The notes beneath the pieces were generated by a model. That model did no database searches and was not told where the DNA came from. It worked only from the letters and a program-made list of their open reading frames with translations. The position numbers were made by a program, and so were the translations under genes. A stretch of DNA of 64,000 nt from Armatimonadota bacterium. GTDB lineage: Bacteria > Armatimonadota > UBA5829 > DTLH01. The stretch is from contig JBDKUN010000059.1 in assembly GCA_039679675.1 (NCBI GenBank), forward strand, positions 145,681 to 209,680, written 5' to 3'. Below, piece after piece: positions 50,780 through 59,277 of the stretch (the stretch's first letter is position 1; each line of letters begins with the position of its first letter).

Positions 50780-51301
50780 TTACTCTTGCCCTTGGAAGTT
50801 TCTCATCACGATCTGATATGAATCGATTGTCTCTTCAGGATTATCACTTTTATGGACATTTACAGTAACAGTGTTGCCTGTAACGGAAAATGTGATCCCT
50901 CTGTCCGACGCGCATGAGGCAAATGATCTCGCCGGGGATGTGCCGATCTGCTGATAGATCTTTCCATTTTGCAGATAATACCTGTAGGTAGTCGGAGTCG
51001 CGGTCAAGTCGTAGTATTTTTCTCCGTTTGAGTCCGTTATTAGCGGAGGTATGCTCAATCTCAACTCGTTTTCTGCGACCGTGGCTGCTGAGGCTTCGCG
51101 CACATCGAGCTGCAGTTTTTGAAAAAGCACATCAGCGTCAGTGACGGTATCATTCCTGTCGTAGCCTGACGACCAGGCTCCCAGAGTATGAAGAATGAGC
51201 GATGTCAGGCTGAAACCGACCATCGCAAGGATCAGCATTGTGACCATAATCTCCACAAGGGTAAAACCGCCGGTATTCTTTATCTTGAATCTGACAAACA
51301 T
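50780..51301 (-). CDS. Prepilin-type N-methylation domain protein (PilW-like)
   Basis: GFTLVEIMVTMLIL type IV pilin cleavage motif. Confidence 0.85.
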   Translation of the reverse strand: MFVRFKIKNTGGFTLVEIMVTMLILAMVGFSLTSLILHTLGAWSSGYDRNDTVTDADVLFQKLQLDVREASAATVAENELRLSIPPLITDSNGEKYYDLTATPTTYRYYLQNGKIYQQIGTSPARSFASCASDRGITFSVTGNTVTVNVHKSDNPEETIDSYQIVMRNFQGQE

Positions 51302-51303
51302 GG

Positions 51304-51741
51304 CTACGCCCCCCATGGCCGCTTATCCGCGATCAGTGTCTGGACTTTGACACTGCGGGCAACACCGCTGGAATTCCAACTTACTGTTGCAACAACCTTC
51401 TTTATGCCTGCAGCGTAATTCGTAATCTCAAGTGTGCCGGAAGAAGAAGCAAGCGACTTCGCCAGATTATCCACCGACGTAAAATTATATGGAGATGATG
51501 TCTGGTCCTCATCTATTGCATTAGCGGCTCGCAGGTTCGTGTATGACAATGACTCGTAGCCCAATGCCTTGACCTGTTCCAGCTTCTTCTGCGCCAACTC
51601 CACAGCTTTTTTCGTATCTTCAGCCTGGTTCAGGGCCGAATGCCCTGTTGGAAATGTTGCAGTGAAGATTACACCGGCCATTCCAAGAAGCATAACCGTA
51701 ATCATTACATCTATCAGACCGACTCCACGGTTGCTGCGCAT
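51304..51741 (-). CDS. Prepilin-type protein (PilV-like)
   Basis: RGVGLIDVMIT, AQKKLEQVK, KKVVATVSW. Confidence 0.75.
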   Translation of the reverse strand: MRSNRGVGLIDVMITVMLLGMAGVIFTATFPTGHSALNQAEDTKKAVELAQKKLEQVKALGYESLSYTNLRAANAIDEDQTSSPYNFTSVDNLAKSLASSSGTLEITNYAAGIKKVVATVSWNSSGVARSVKVQTLIADKRPWGA

Positions 51742-51900
51742 CCTTATCCCTCCACAATATGAGTCATGTAACTTTATTCCATATTGTAAGTTTAAACTGA
51801 TAAGCTCTAAATATCTTTCCTGAAGAGCAGGCGCAATTACTGTCTGATTTTCAGACTAAAGTGGAACTTATTTTTACTTATGACAGTCATATAATTAGAC

Positions 51901-51966
51901 ACTCCCTTTCTCTCCTTTCCTAAGAGAACGGCCCGGAGATATTCTCCGAGCCGTTCATGTTTTTTT
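51901..51966 (+). ncRNA. Candidate small RNA (CU-rich leader plus intrinsic terminator)
   Basis: TATAAT at 51890-51895, then ACTCCCTTTCTCTCCTTTCC, a GAACGGC..GCCGTTC stem and T7; no plus-strand gene upstream for this terminator to end. Confidence 0.4.
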
Positions 51967-52041
51967 CTTCAGTTATAGTTTGCCATCCTGGGTAGAAATG
52001 ATGTATTATCCCAACCAGCCGTAGTGTGATGAGCAGACCCT

Positions 52042-52917
52042 ATGAAAATCCCTGAATGGCTGAAACCAGCGCTAGATTTCGGAAAACAACTGATAAAAAA
52101 GTTCAATGACGACAACAGTTCTATTGTTGCCGCCGCAATCTCTTTTTTCATCTTTATGTCGCTGGTCCCGCTGCTTCTCCTGGCAGTCGCAAGCCTCGGT
52201 TTCTTCTTCCGTTCAGAGCAGCATGCCTACGAGTTTGTCACGAACCTGGTGCGTTCATATTCACCTGCGATTGCCAATGAAAGCGGCCCAGGCATCCGGT
52301 TTATTCTTGAAGATATTATCAGAGGAAGCGGCGCAGCTACCGGAATCGGAATAATATTCCTGTTTTGGAGCGGCAGTCAGGCTTTCATGAACCTTGAAAA
52401 GATCATTAATCTATCATGGAATACCACTCCTCGCGGATACTTGAAAAGCTTGCTGGTCGCTATACTGCTTCTCATCGCTGTCGGGGTGCTGCTTCTTCTT
52501 TCATTCCTGATTACCACCGCTGCTAACGCGCTCCTGGCTCATAGCATTACAATATTCGGCCATGATTTCAACAGGGTTTTTGGTACAGCTTGGAGATTTC
52601 TGTCCCTTCTTCTTCCGCTCGCACTGAGCATCGGCACATTCACTTTGATTTATAAAGTCATGCCTAATACCTGTGTTCCTCTCAGAACAGCATTTGTTGG
52701 TGGACTTGTCGCGGGGCTTCTATGGGAGCTTGCAAAGCAGGTATTCAGCTGGTATGTCACCAACTTCGCCAATTACAGTGCAGTATACGGTTCGCTTGCC
52801 AGCCTGATGCTTCTTCTGCTGTGGATCTATTACTCGTCTATAGTTACTCTTCTGGGAGCACATCTGTCGACTATATACCATAGCTACAGGGGTCAGGGAT
52901 CAGGGAATGGGGGTTAG
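52042..52917 (+). CDS. YihY/BrkB family membrane protein
   Basis: AAAISFF..SLVPLLL, IYKVMPN, YSAVYGSL, LWIYYSS..LLGA. Confidence 0.92.
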   Translation: MKIPEWLKPALDFGKQLIKKFNDDNSSIVAAAISFFIFMSLVPLLLLAVASLGFFFRSEQHAYEFVTNLVRSYSPAIANESGPGIRFILEDIIRGSGAATGIGIIFLFWSGSQAFMNLEKIINLSWNTTPRGYLKSLLVAILLLIAVGVLLLLSFLITTAANALLAHSITIFGHDFNRVFGTAWRFLSLLLPLALSIGTFTLIYKVMPNTCVPLRTAFVGGLVAGLLWELAKQVFSWYVTNFANYSAVYGSLASLMLLLLWIYYSSIVTLLGAHLSTIYHSYRGQGSGNGG

Positions 52918-55353
52918 CAGGGATTCGAACTGTTCCTGATCAGTGCCGGACTTTACTTTGATCTTACTGGTCCTCGATACCTCATCGTAATCTACACAAA
53001 TGCAGTTATCCACCGAATCATGGATCGATTCTACGTGAGTGATGAGGATTATCTGCTCGAACCGGCACTTCAATACCTGCAGAAGCGCTACCACGTTATC
53101 CCGCCGTATATCGTCCAGCGAACCGAACACCTCGTCCAGGACAAGCAGAGACAAGTCCTGCCCGGCGCGGTCCGCGATCATTCTGGACACAGCAAGCCTC
53201 AGCGCCAGGTTGACGATGTCTTCCTCACCGCCGGAGATGATCGGTTTCAGTTCCCCATCGTCTCTTATCATCGCTTCGTAGTCCTCGTTGACTTCGAGTG
53301 AGGTGTAGCGTCCATCCGTCATCTCTGCCAGCAAATCGCTCGCGGCAGCAGCCAGTTCCGGAGCTGCGCGGTTGTTCAGATCGACTCGAAGGTTATCGAA
53401 TGCCTCGGCAAGCGTCTGAAGTTCGGCGCGTTCTCTCCGTTTACCTGCGAGTTCTGTCTCTTTCGATTTATATGATTTTTCATCCGTTTCTGCAGCGGAA
53501 AGAGCAGCTTGTGCAGCTCTCAAGTCCCCTTTTGCGCGTTCAGCTTCGATACTTACCGTGTTCAGCGCACCTGCAGCCTCTTCGAAAAGTGAAACGAGCT
53601 TTTCATGTTCTTTCTGCGAGAAATTCAGCTCATTCGATGCAGTCCTTGTTGCTTCCAGCTCCGATTTCACCCGCGAGAGCGCTTCTTCTTCGCGTTTCAA
53701 GTCCGTTTCGATGCTGCCACGGCGGTTGATTGCTGCCTTCAGCTCAAGCGACCGGTCTCGTACAGGCTTCAGCCTCTCCCCAATGCTCCGCAGCATCTCG
53801 AACTTCTCCTGGTCGAAGCCGGAAGGCAGCTTTTCCATTTCCGACTTGAGCGCATTTACAGTCTCACTCTTCGATTTCTGCTCTCGGAGACATCTGTCCA
53901 GCTCGGATTTTCTAGATGCAGCTTCAGTGCGCTCAGCATACTTGGCGTCGCGCTCTCTTTCCAGCGCCTGCTTTAAGGTCAAAAGCCCCGAAAGTGTCTC
54001 CGGTTCTGCCTCCAGCCCAGCGATGGTCGAACGCAGCTTCTCGATCTTTGAATCGAGTTTGGAAATCTGGCCGTCAAACCCGGCAAGCACCTTCGGCAGT
54101 TCCTCTGCAAGCGGGCGCTCACATGTCGGGCATTTACCGTTTTGCCCTTTCTCCTCGATAGTACGTTTCTTAGCTGCTATCTCATCTCTTTGCGCCGCTG
54201 CCTGTTCCATTTCAAGTTCAGCCCTATGCCGTGCGGACGTAAGTGCGTTTCTCTCGCTTTCGATCCGTGCACTCACTTCAGTAAGCTGTTTGGCAAGATC
54301 GGAGGATTCCTTATCGATCTTTTCGACCTCACCCGTCGCACCGGCCAGCGTATCTATGCGTTTCTTGAGCGTTTCCAGATCCTTTTCATTCGCTGCGAGC
54401 TGCCCCTGTATGGCCGCCCGCCTTGACTCATGCTTCTGCAGTTCAGCGAGTACGCGGTACTCTTCCCCAGCCTTTTTATACTCCTCAAGCTGCGGAGCGA
54501 GCGATTCCAATTCTTTCGTTTTCTCTGAAAGGTCCTCTACCTCAGCCGACAACTCTTTGACGCGCGATGCAGCCCGTTTCTCTTCAGCGGTATCGAGTTC
54601 CAGCCTGCGGGACAGCTCCGCTGCGCGCTTCGACTTCTCCTCGGAGAGTTCTCGGAGTGGTTTCAACCGGATAACTTCGGCTTTTGCGGCGTCCTCCCGC
54701 TTTATTACGGATTTCAACACCTTTTCCGACTCAGTTTTAGCCAACTCCGCCTCGGACTTACGCCTTTTGATCTCTTCCGGGTCTCCAAGGCCTCGTTCCA
54801 GACCGTCTATCTGGTGCTGCAGGCCAAGCCTGTCCTGGTTTGCCTTTTCTCTTGCGCGGACAAGGCGCTCGTAACCAAGCATGCGGGTGACAGCGGCGGC
54901 GCGCTGCCGTCCATCCATCCCGCGCATGAAATCTATCTCTTTCTGGGCTGTGAAGAAACTGGTGAAGAACGCCTGGTAGTCCATACCGAGCAGCTTTGTT
55001 ATAGATTCTGTCACTTCCTTAAACCCTGTGCGGGCGGAAAGACCGTCTATGAGCAGGTTGGCCGATGTTCTACCGGATGCTTCCAACCTGCGGGTGACTT
55101 TGTATTCATGAGCGCCAAGGCCGAAAGCCAATGCAACCTCAGCCGGAGCATTTCCTTCTGCGGACTTGCTGCGGACCGTCTCGTTTTTACCACGAAGCGC
55201 TGACCCTCCGTAAAGCGCCCAGGCAATCGCCTCAAGGACAGTCGATTTTCCCGATCCGTTCTTGCCGATTATACCTGTAACTCCCGGAAGAAAGTCCAGC
55301 CGGGTATCCATATGCTGTCTAAAATTGGTCAAATCAAGTGATATTAGCTGCAT
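52900..55353 (-). CDS. sbcC: SbcC/Rad50-like SMC ATPase
   Basis: GKNGSGKST, coiled coil with CPTC zinc hook, ISGGE, LLVLDEVFGSLD, LITH. Confidence 0.93.
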   Translation of the reverse strand: MQLISLDLTNFRQHMDTRLDFLPGVTGIIGKNGSGKSTVLEAIAWALYGGSALRGKNETVRSKSAEGNAPAEVALAFGLGAHEYKVTRRLEASGRTSANLLIDGLSARTGFKEVTESITKLLGMDYQAFFTSFFTAQKEIDFMRGMDGRQRAAAVTRMLGYERLVRAREKANQDRLGLQHQIDGLERGLGDPEEIKRRKSEAELAKTESEKVLKSVIKREDAAKAEVIRLKPLRELSEEKSKRAAELSRRLELDTAEEKRAASRVKELSAEVEDLSEKTKELESLAPQLEEYKKAGEEYRVLAELQKHESRRAAIQGQLAANEKDLETLKKRIDTLAGATGEVEKIDKESSDLAKQLTEVSARIESERNALTSARHRAELEMEQAAAQRDEIAAKKRTIEEKGQNGKCPTCERPLAEELPKVLAGFDGQISKLDSKIEKLRSTIAGLEAEPETLSGLLTLKQALERERDAKYAERTEAASRKSELDRCLREQKSKSETVNALKSEMEKLPSGFDQEKFEMLRSIGERLKPVRDRSLELKAAINRRGSIETDLKREEEALSRVKSELEATRTASNELNFSQKEHEKLVSLFEEAAGALNTVSIEAERAKGDLRAAQAALSAAETDEKSYKSKETELAGKRRERAELQTLAEAFDNLRVDLNNRAAPELAAAASDLLAEMTDGRYTSLEVNEDYEAMIRDDGELKPIISGGEEDIVNLALRLAVSRMIADRAGQDLSLLVLDEVFGSLDDIRRDNVVALLQVLKCRFEQIILITHVESIHDSVDNCICVDYDEVSRTSKIKVKSGTDQEQFESLLTPIP

Positions 55354-56484
55354 TTACTCAGCACCGCCAATATATTCGAGCCCCTTCGATACGAGGCTTT
55401 CTCTGTCGATGCCGCCGGGGAGTTCATAGATCTTTGCAAATTGACGCCATTCCTCCTCAAGCGGAAGAGCTGTCCGAGATTCCCCATTCGCAGTTGCAAT
55501 AGGCTTTATCTTACGTGGCCTCAGCTGCACATCGAAATGTACAGCTTCGCTTCGTATCCGGCGGATCGATTGGTAGTCCAAGTCCGGGATGACGGATTTC
55601 GGCACATTATCTACCACAAGCCGCACTACTTTTTCTTTGTGTCCGCCAGGAATGCCCTCGACCCTCATCTGTATCAACTGGTTTATCTCCGCGGCGGTAA
55701 GGCCTTCAGCGTCCACAGCCCGCAGGTCAATGACTTCTCTTGGACTCGTCTTGTGAAACTTTACCAGCTTGCGCTCATCCAGATCGAACTCGATAAACCC
55801 TTTCGGTTTGTTCGTTTCTTCCCAGATATTGAAGCTCGTATATTCGAGCGAGCCTGAATAATATGAATTATCGGCCAGCTTCTCATACAGGTGGTAATGT
55901 CCTAGGGCAATATAGTCCCAGCCGTCATGCATGATCTGCGCACGGGTTATCGGCTGGGTGACATCGTAGAAGTTCCGTGATATTCCTTCCAGTGTGCCGT
56001 GTACTGCCAATACGTTGTAATGGCTTGCCGGATCAGGTTCTATTTTGAGGCCGGAGAGTCCCGCGAGGGCACGGTGGCAGAGGCAAAAGACTGTCGTATC
56101 TATTTCGGGAATCGATATTCCTCTGTAATCGTTATTTGCCACATATACCCCAGGAACATTAAGAAGCAGGTCCAGAATACAGCCGGTATCCGTGGAACGT
56201 GGAGAATCGTGGTTTCCTCCGATAAGCACTACCGGAGCCTTCGTCTCGGACCGGAGCTTCATAAACTCCTTGAATGTAGTCTCTATGCACAGGTTCGACG
56301 GACGAACGACGTGGAAAAGGTCTCCGGCAATGACGATCAAGTCGGGTTGTATTTCCACGACTTTCCTCATCGCCTGCCGGAATACGTTGAACACGTCCGC
56401 CTCTCGCAGGTTCACACCCTGGCGGGTCACTCTGTTGTACGCGCGATACCCAAGGTGGACATCCGCGAGATGTGCTACTCTCAT
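55354..56484 (-). CDS. sbcD: SbcD/Mre11-like nuclease
   Basis: ADVHLG, AGDLFH, GGNHD, YIALGHYH, YSGSLE. Confidence 0.93.
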   Translation of the reverse strand: MRVAHLADVHLGYRAYNRVTRQGVNLREADVFNVFRQAMRKVVEIQPDLIVIAGDLFHVVRPSNLCIETTFKEFMKLRSETKAPVVLIGGNHDSPRSTDTGCILDLLLNVPGVYVANNDYRGISIPEIDTTVFCLCHRALAGLSGLKIEPDPASHYNVLAVHGTLEGISRNFYDVTQPITRAQIMHDGWDYIALGHYHLYEKLADNSYYSGSLEYTSFNIWEETNKPKGFIEFDLDERKLVKFHKTSPREVIDLRAVDAEGLTAAEINQLIQMRVEGIPGGHKEKVVRLVVDNVPKSVIPDLDYQSIRRIRSEAVHFDVQLRPRKIKPIATANGESRTALPLEEEWRQFAKIYELPGGIDRESLVSKGLEYIGGAE

Positions 56485-56499
56485 AATCTAATATATGGA

Positions 56500-56868
56500 C
56501 TAATCGTCTTCGTCATCATCGATAGGTTCTATGGGGATCGGCTCACCTGTCGGGGACATCCTTATTTTCCGCCCGCAAATATCGCAGGCGAACTCCTGTC
56601 TGCTTACAAATAGATCGTTCTTACTCGCACAGTAAGGACAATAAACAGTCCTGGTAGGCTCTTTCTGAATCTTCATCATCAGTATCATACCGAAGAAAAA
56701 TATCCCTGCTCCTACTACGATCAACCCAATCCCTAAAATCGATAAAAAAGTACCGGACCCGAACAGAGTAAGCACCAGGCCTATCAGCCCTGTAATCCCT
56801 GCCTTCTTGAACAACCCAAGGTGCTGTCCTTCCAGGTCGCGAATAGTATCATATTTATTCTTGCTCAA
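56500..56868 (-). CDS. Small two-TM protein with C-terminal zinc ribbon
   Basis: Two hydrophobic helices, CPYC-x13-CDIC, acidic tail; GGAGG RBS. Confidence 0.75.
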   Translation of the reverse strand: MSKNKYDTIRDLEGQHLGLFKKAGITGLIGLVLTLFGSGTFLSILGIGLIVVGAGIFFFGMILMMKIQKEPTRTVYCPYCASKNDLFVSRQEFACDICGRKIRMSPTGEPIPIEPIDDDEDD

Positions 56869-56922
56869 AGGTTCCTAATTCCTCCAACTACGGGAATACT
56901 CATCATATAGCTGTACTCGGAA

Positions 56923-56951
56923 ATCTTACTTCCAAACCGCATCTGTGTCAA
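56923..56951 (-). promoter_or_regulatory. Sigma70 promoter for the zinc-ribbon-sbcD-sbcC operon
   Basis: TTGACA-17nt-TAAGAT. Confidence 0.65.
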
Positions 56952-57000
56952 CTAGGCAGCCTACCGGCTGCCAGGCGGCCAATAGGCTGCCAGGCCGGAC

Positions 57001-57029
57001 TTGCCGATTCCAGCCTGGTCGGTTAGAAT
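57001..57029 (+). promoter_or_regulatory. Sigma70 promoter for translin-cca
   Basis: TTGCCG-17nt-TAGAAT. Confidence 0.6.
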
Positions 57030-57070
57030 ACATCATTAGTCATTAATTGGATAAGGAAAGGACTAGAAAG

Positions 57071-57706
57071 TTGGATAATCTTGGAATGATAGCCGATGAT
57101 ATACGGTCAGAACTCGACCTCAAAAACTCTGCGCGCGAGCAAGCGCTGAAACTCTCCCGCGAAATCATCCGAAACTCCGCAAATGCGATCCGGGCGATTC
57201 ATAGGGATGAATTCGACGACGCGAAACAGCTTATCGGCGAAGCCAGAAAGAAAGTAATCGAAACCAAAGAACTGCTTCAGGAACATCTGGACATTTATTA
57301 CACAGGTTATGTTCAGGACGCACAAAAGGAGCACGCCGAGTCGATACTCACGATGGCAATCGTCCTGAACGACCGGCTGCCCAGCCACCAGGAGATAGGT
57401 GTCGAGTGCGCTCCTTACCTGAATGGACTCGGCGAAGCCGTCGGTGAATGCCGCAGGCGCGTGCTGGACATCATCCGGCTCGGCGAATATGAGCGAGGAG
57501 AACAGATACTTCAGGTTATGGATGAAGCATACTATACTCTTGTAACGTTCGACTACCCTGATGCAATCACAGGAGGGCTTCGGCGCACCACTGATATGGT
57601 CCGCGGCATACTGGAACGGACCAGAGGCGACCTCACCGTTACTATCCGGCAGCAGGAACTCGAACAAGCCATCAACACTGCCATAGGTCACCTTACCAAT
57701 GGCTGA
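57071..57706 (+). CDS. Translin/TRAX-family protein (C3PO-like RNase)
   Basis: RE.ALKLSREIIR.S..AI..IHR, AQKEHAE, YLNGLGEAVGECRR, LRRTTD.VR..LERT; alternative TTG start at 57047. Confidence 0.85.
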   Translation: MDNLGMIADDIRSELDLKNSAREQALKLSREIIRNSANAIRAIHRDEFDDAKQLIGEARKKVIETKELLQEHLDIYYTGYVQDAQKEHAESILTMAIVLNDRLPSHQEIGVECAPYLNGLGEAVGECRRRVLDIIRLGEYERGEQILQVMDEAYYTLVTFDYPDAITGGLRRTTDMVRGILERTRGDLTVTIRQQELEQAINTAIGHLTNG

Positions 57707-59057
57707 TGTCCTTGACCGGCTGAGGGACGCAACCAGGGGAGCAAATTATGAGGGCAGGCTGTATCTTGTCGGTGGTATCGTGCGCGATAAGATACTCGGC
57801 CTGCCTATTTCCGAGGATATAGACATAGTCCTGGAAGATGATGCCGCCGCTCTGGCCGCTTTTCTCTTCGATAAAGGGATAACCGATTATAAACCGGTCA
57901 TTTTCCCCAGGTTCGGAACGGCTATGGTATCTATCTGCGGACAGCAAGTGGAGCTTGTAAGCGCCAGGAGCGAGTCATACGCGCCGGAGAGCCGCAAGCC
58001 GGATGTCGTGCCTGCATCCCTTACGGCAGATGCGTATAGAAGGGATTTCACCATCAATACACTGATGGAAAACCTTCACACAGGCAAAGTGCTGGACCTC
58101 ACAGGCCGGGGAATGATCGACCTGAAGGACGGTATTATCCAGACCCCCACGGACCCGCTCCTGACTTTCGAAGATGACCCGCTGCGGATGCTGAGAGCTA
58201 TACGGTTCGCCGTCAGGTTTGGTTTCAAGATAGATGAAGAGACATACCGGGCAATCCACAAGAAATACCGCAGACTGGAGATTATCAGCAAAGAACGCAT
58301 AAGGGATGAGTTCTCTAAGATGCTTATGACACGGGAACGGGCCAGAGCTGTCGAGATGCTCCGCGAGACCGGGCTCTTGTCGGAGTTTGCGCCTGAGCTT
58401 GAGGAAATGTACGGCGTCACACAAAACATCTACCATATATATGATGTATGGACACATACGCTAAAGTCGCTCGAACTCCTACCGGAAGACTCTGATCTTT
58501 CACTGAGACTTGCAGCGCTGTTTCATGACATCGGAAAACCGGCAACCCGCTCTATCGATGACAATGGCCAGGTGCATTTTTACACACACCAGCACGTCGG
58601 GGCGCATATAACAAGAAAAGTGCTGAACCGCCTCCGTTATCCTAAGGAAGTGACCGCCCGTGTCGTTAAAATAATCGATATGCATCTGAGAGTAGGCGAA
58701 TACGACGAGGAATGGAAAGACGCAGCCGTCCGCAGGTTGGCACGTGACGCTGGACCGGACCTCGACGCGCTGATAACACTGACCAATGCAGATAAATCTG
58801 CCGCAAATCTGGCGATGCCGTCCGTAGATCTCGATAAGCTCCGCCAACATATCGAAAAGGTGAAAGCCGAGACGGATGTTGAGGCGATGGCAAGCCCGCT
58901 CTCTGGCCGGGAGATAATGGATATTCTGGGGATCGAGCCTGGAACTCTGATCGGTGAGATCAAAGATTACCTCACAAACGAAGTGATAGAAGGCCGCCTC
59001 AAGCAAGAGGACAAAGACCAGGCAAAAATGATTGTAATTGAACGCTGGAGTCCTTAA
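57699..59057 (+). CDS. cca: Class II CCA-adding tRNA nucleotidyltransferase with HD domain
   Basis: VGGIVRD..DIDI, RRDFTIN, EDDPLRMLRAIRF, ERIRDE, HTL...FHDIGKP. Confidence 0.92.
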   Translation: MADVLDRLRDATRGANYEGRLYLVGGIVRDKILGLPISEDIDIVLEDDAAALAAFLFDKGITDYKPVIFPRFGTAMVSICGQQVELVSARSESYAPESRKPDVVPASLTADAYRRDFTINTLMENLHTGKVLDLTGRGMIDLKDGIIQTPTDPLLTFEDDPLRMLRAIRFAVRFGFKIDEETYRAIHKKYRRLEIISKERIRDEFSKMLMTRERARAVEMLRETGLLSEFAPELEEMYGVTQNIYHIYDVWTHTLKSLELLPEDSDLSLRLAALFHDIGKPATRSIDDNGQVHFYTHQHVGAHITRKVLNRLRYPKEVTARVVKIIDMHLRVGEYDEEWKDAAVRRLARDAGPDLDALITLTNADKSAANLAMPSVDLDKLRQHIEKVKAETDVEAMASPLSGREIMDILGIEPGTLIGEIKDYLTNEVIEGRLKQEDKDQAKMIVIERWSP

Positions 59058-59277
59058 GCCATTAAAGAGTTTTGGCTGTAATAATGTTCCTTATTCATTA
59101 TATTAACTGGAAGAACTCTGTGGGTAATAGCTGTAATGCGAATACGTCTATATATGCTGTAACGACGCAGGCTGTCTGTTTAAAATCCATTTAGAAACTG
59201 GTAAGTCAGCCTGGCAAGATAGTGTTTATCACTGCGTCTTCCGATAATCAAGAACAGACGTATTACAGGCTATTAAA

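Noticed and set aside
53558..54874. 438-aa plus-strand ORF
   Set aside because: Ser/Phe-rich antisense shadow of the Glu/Lys-rich SbcC coiled coil; no motifs
52900..56484. SMC ATPase plus nuclease as an anti-phage system (Wadjet/Lamassu type)
   Set aside because: Zinc hook and Mre11 motifs fit ordinary SbcCD; no effector or kleisin genes nearby
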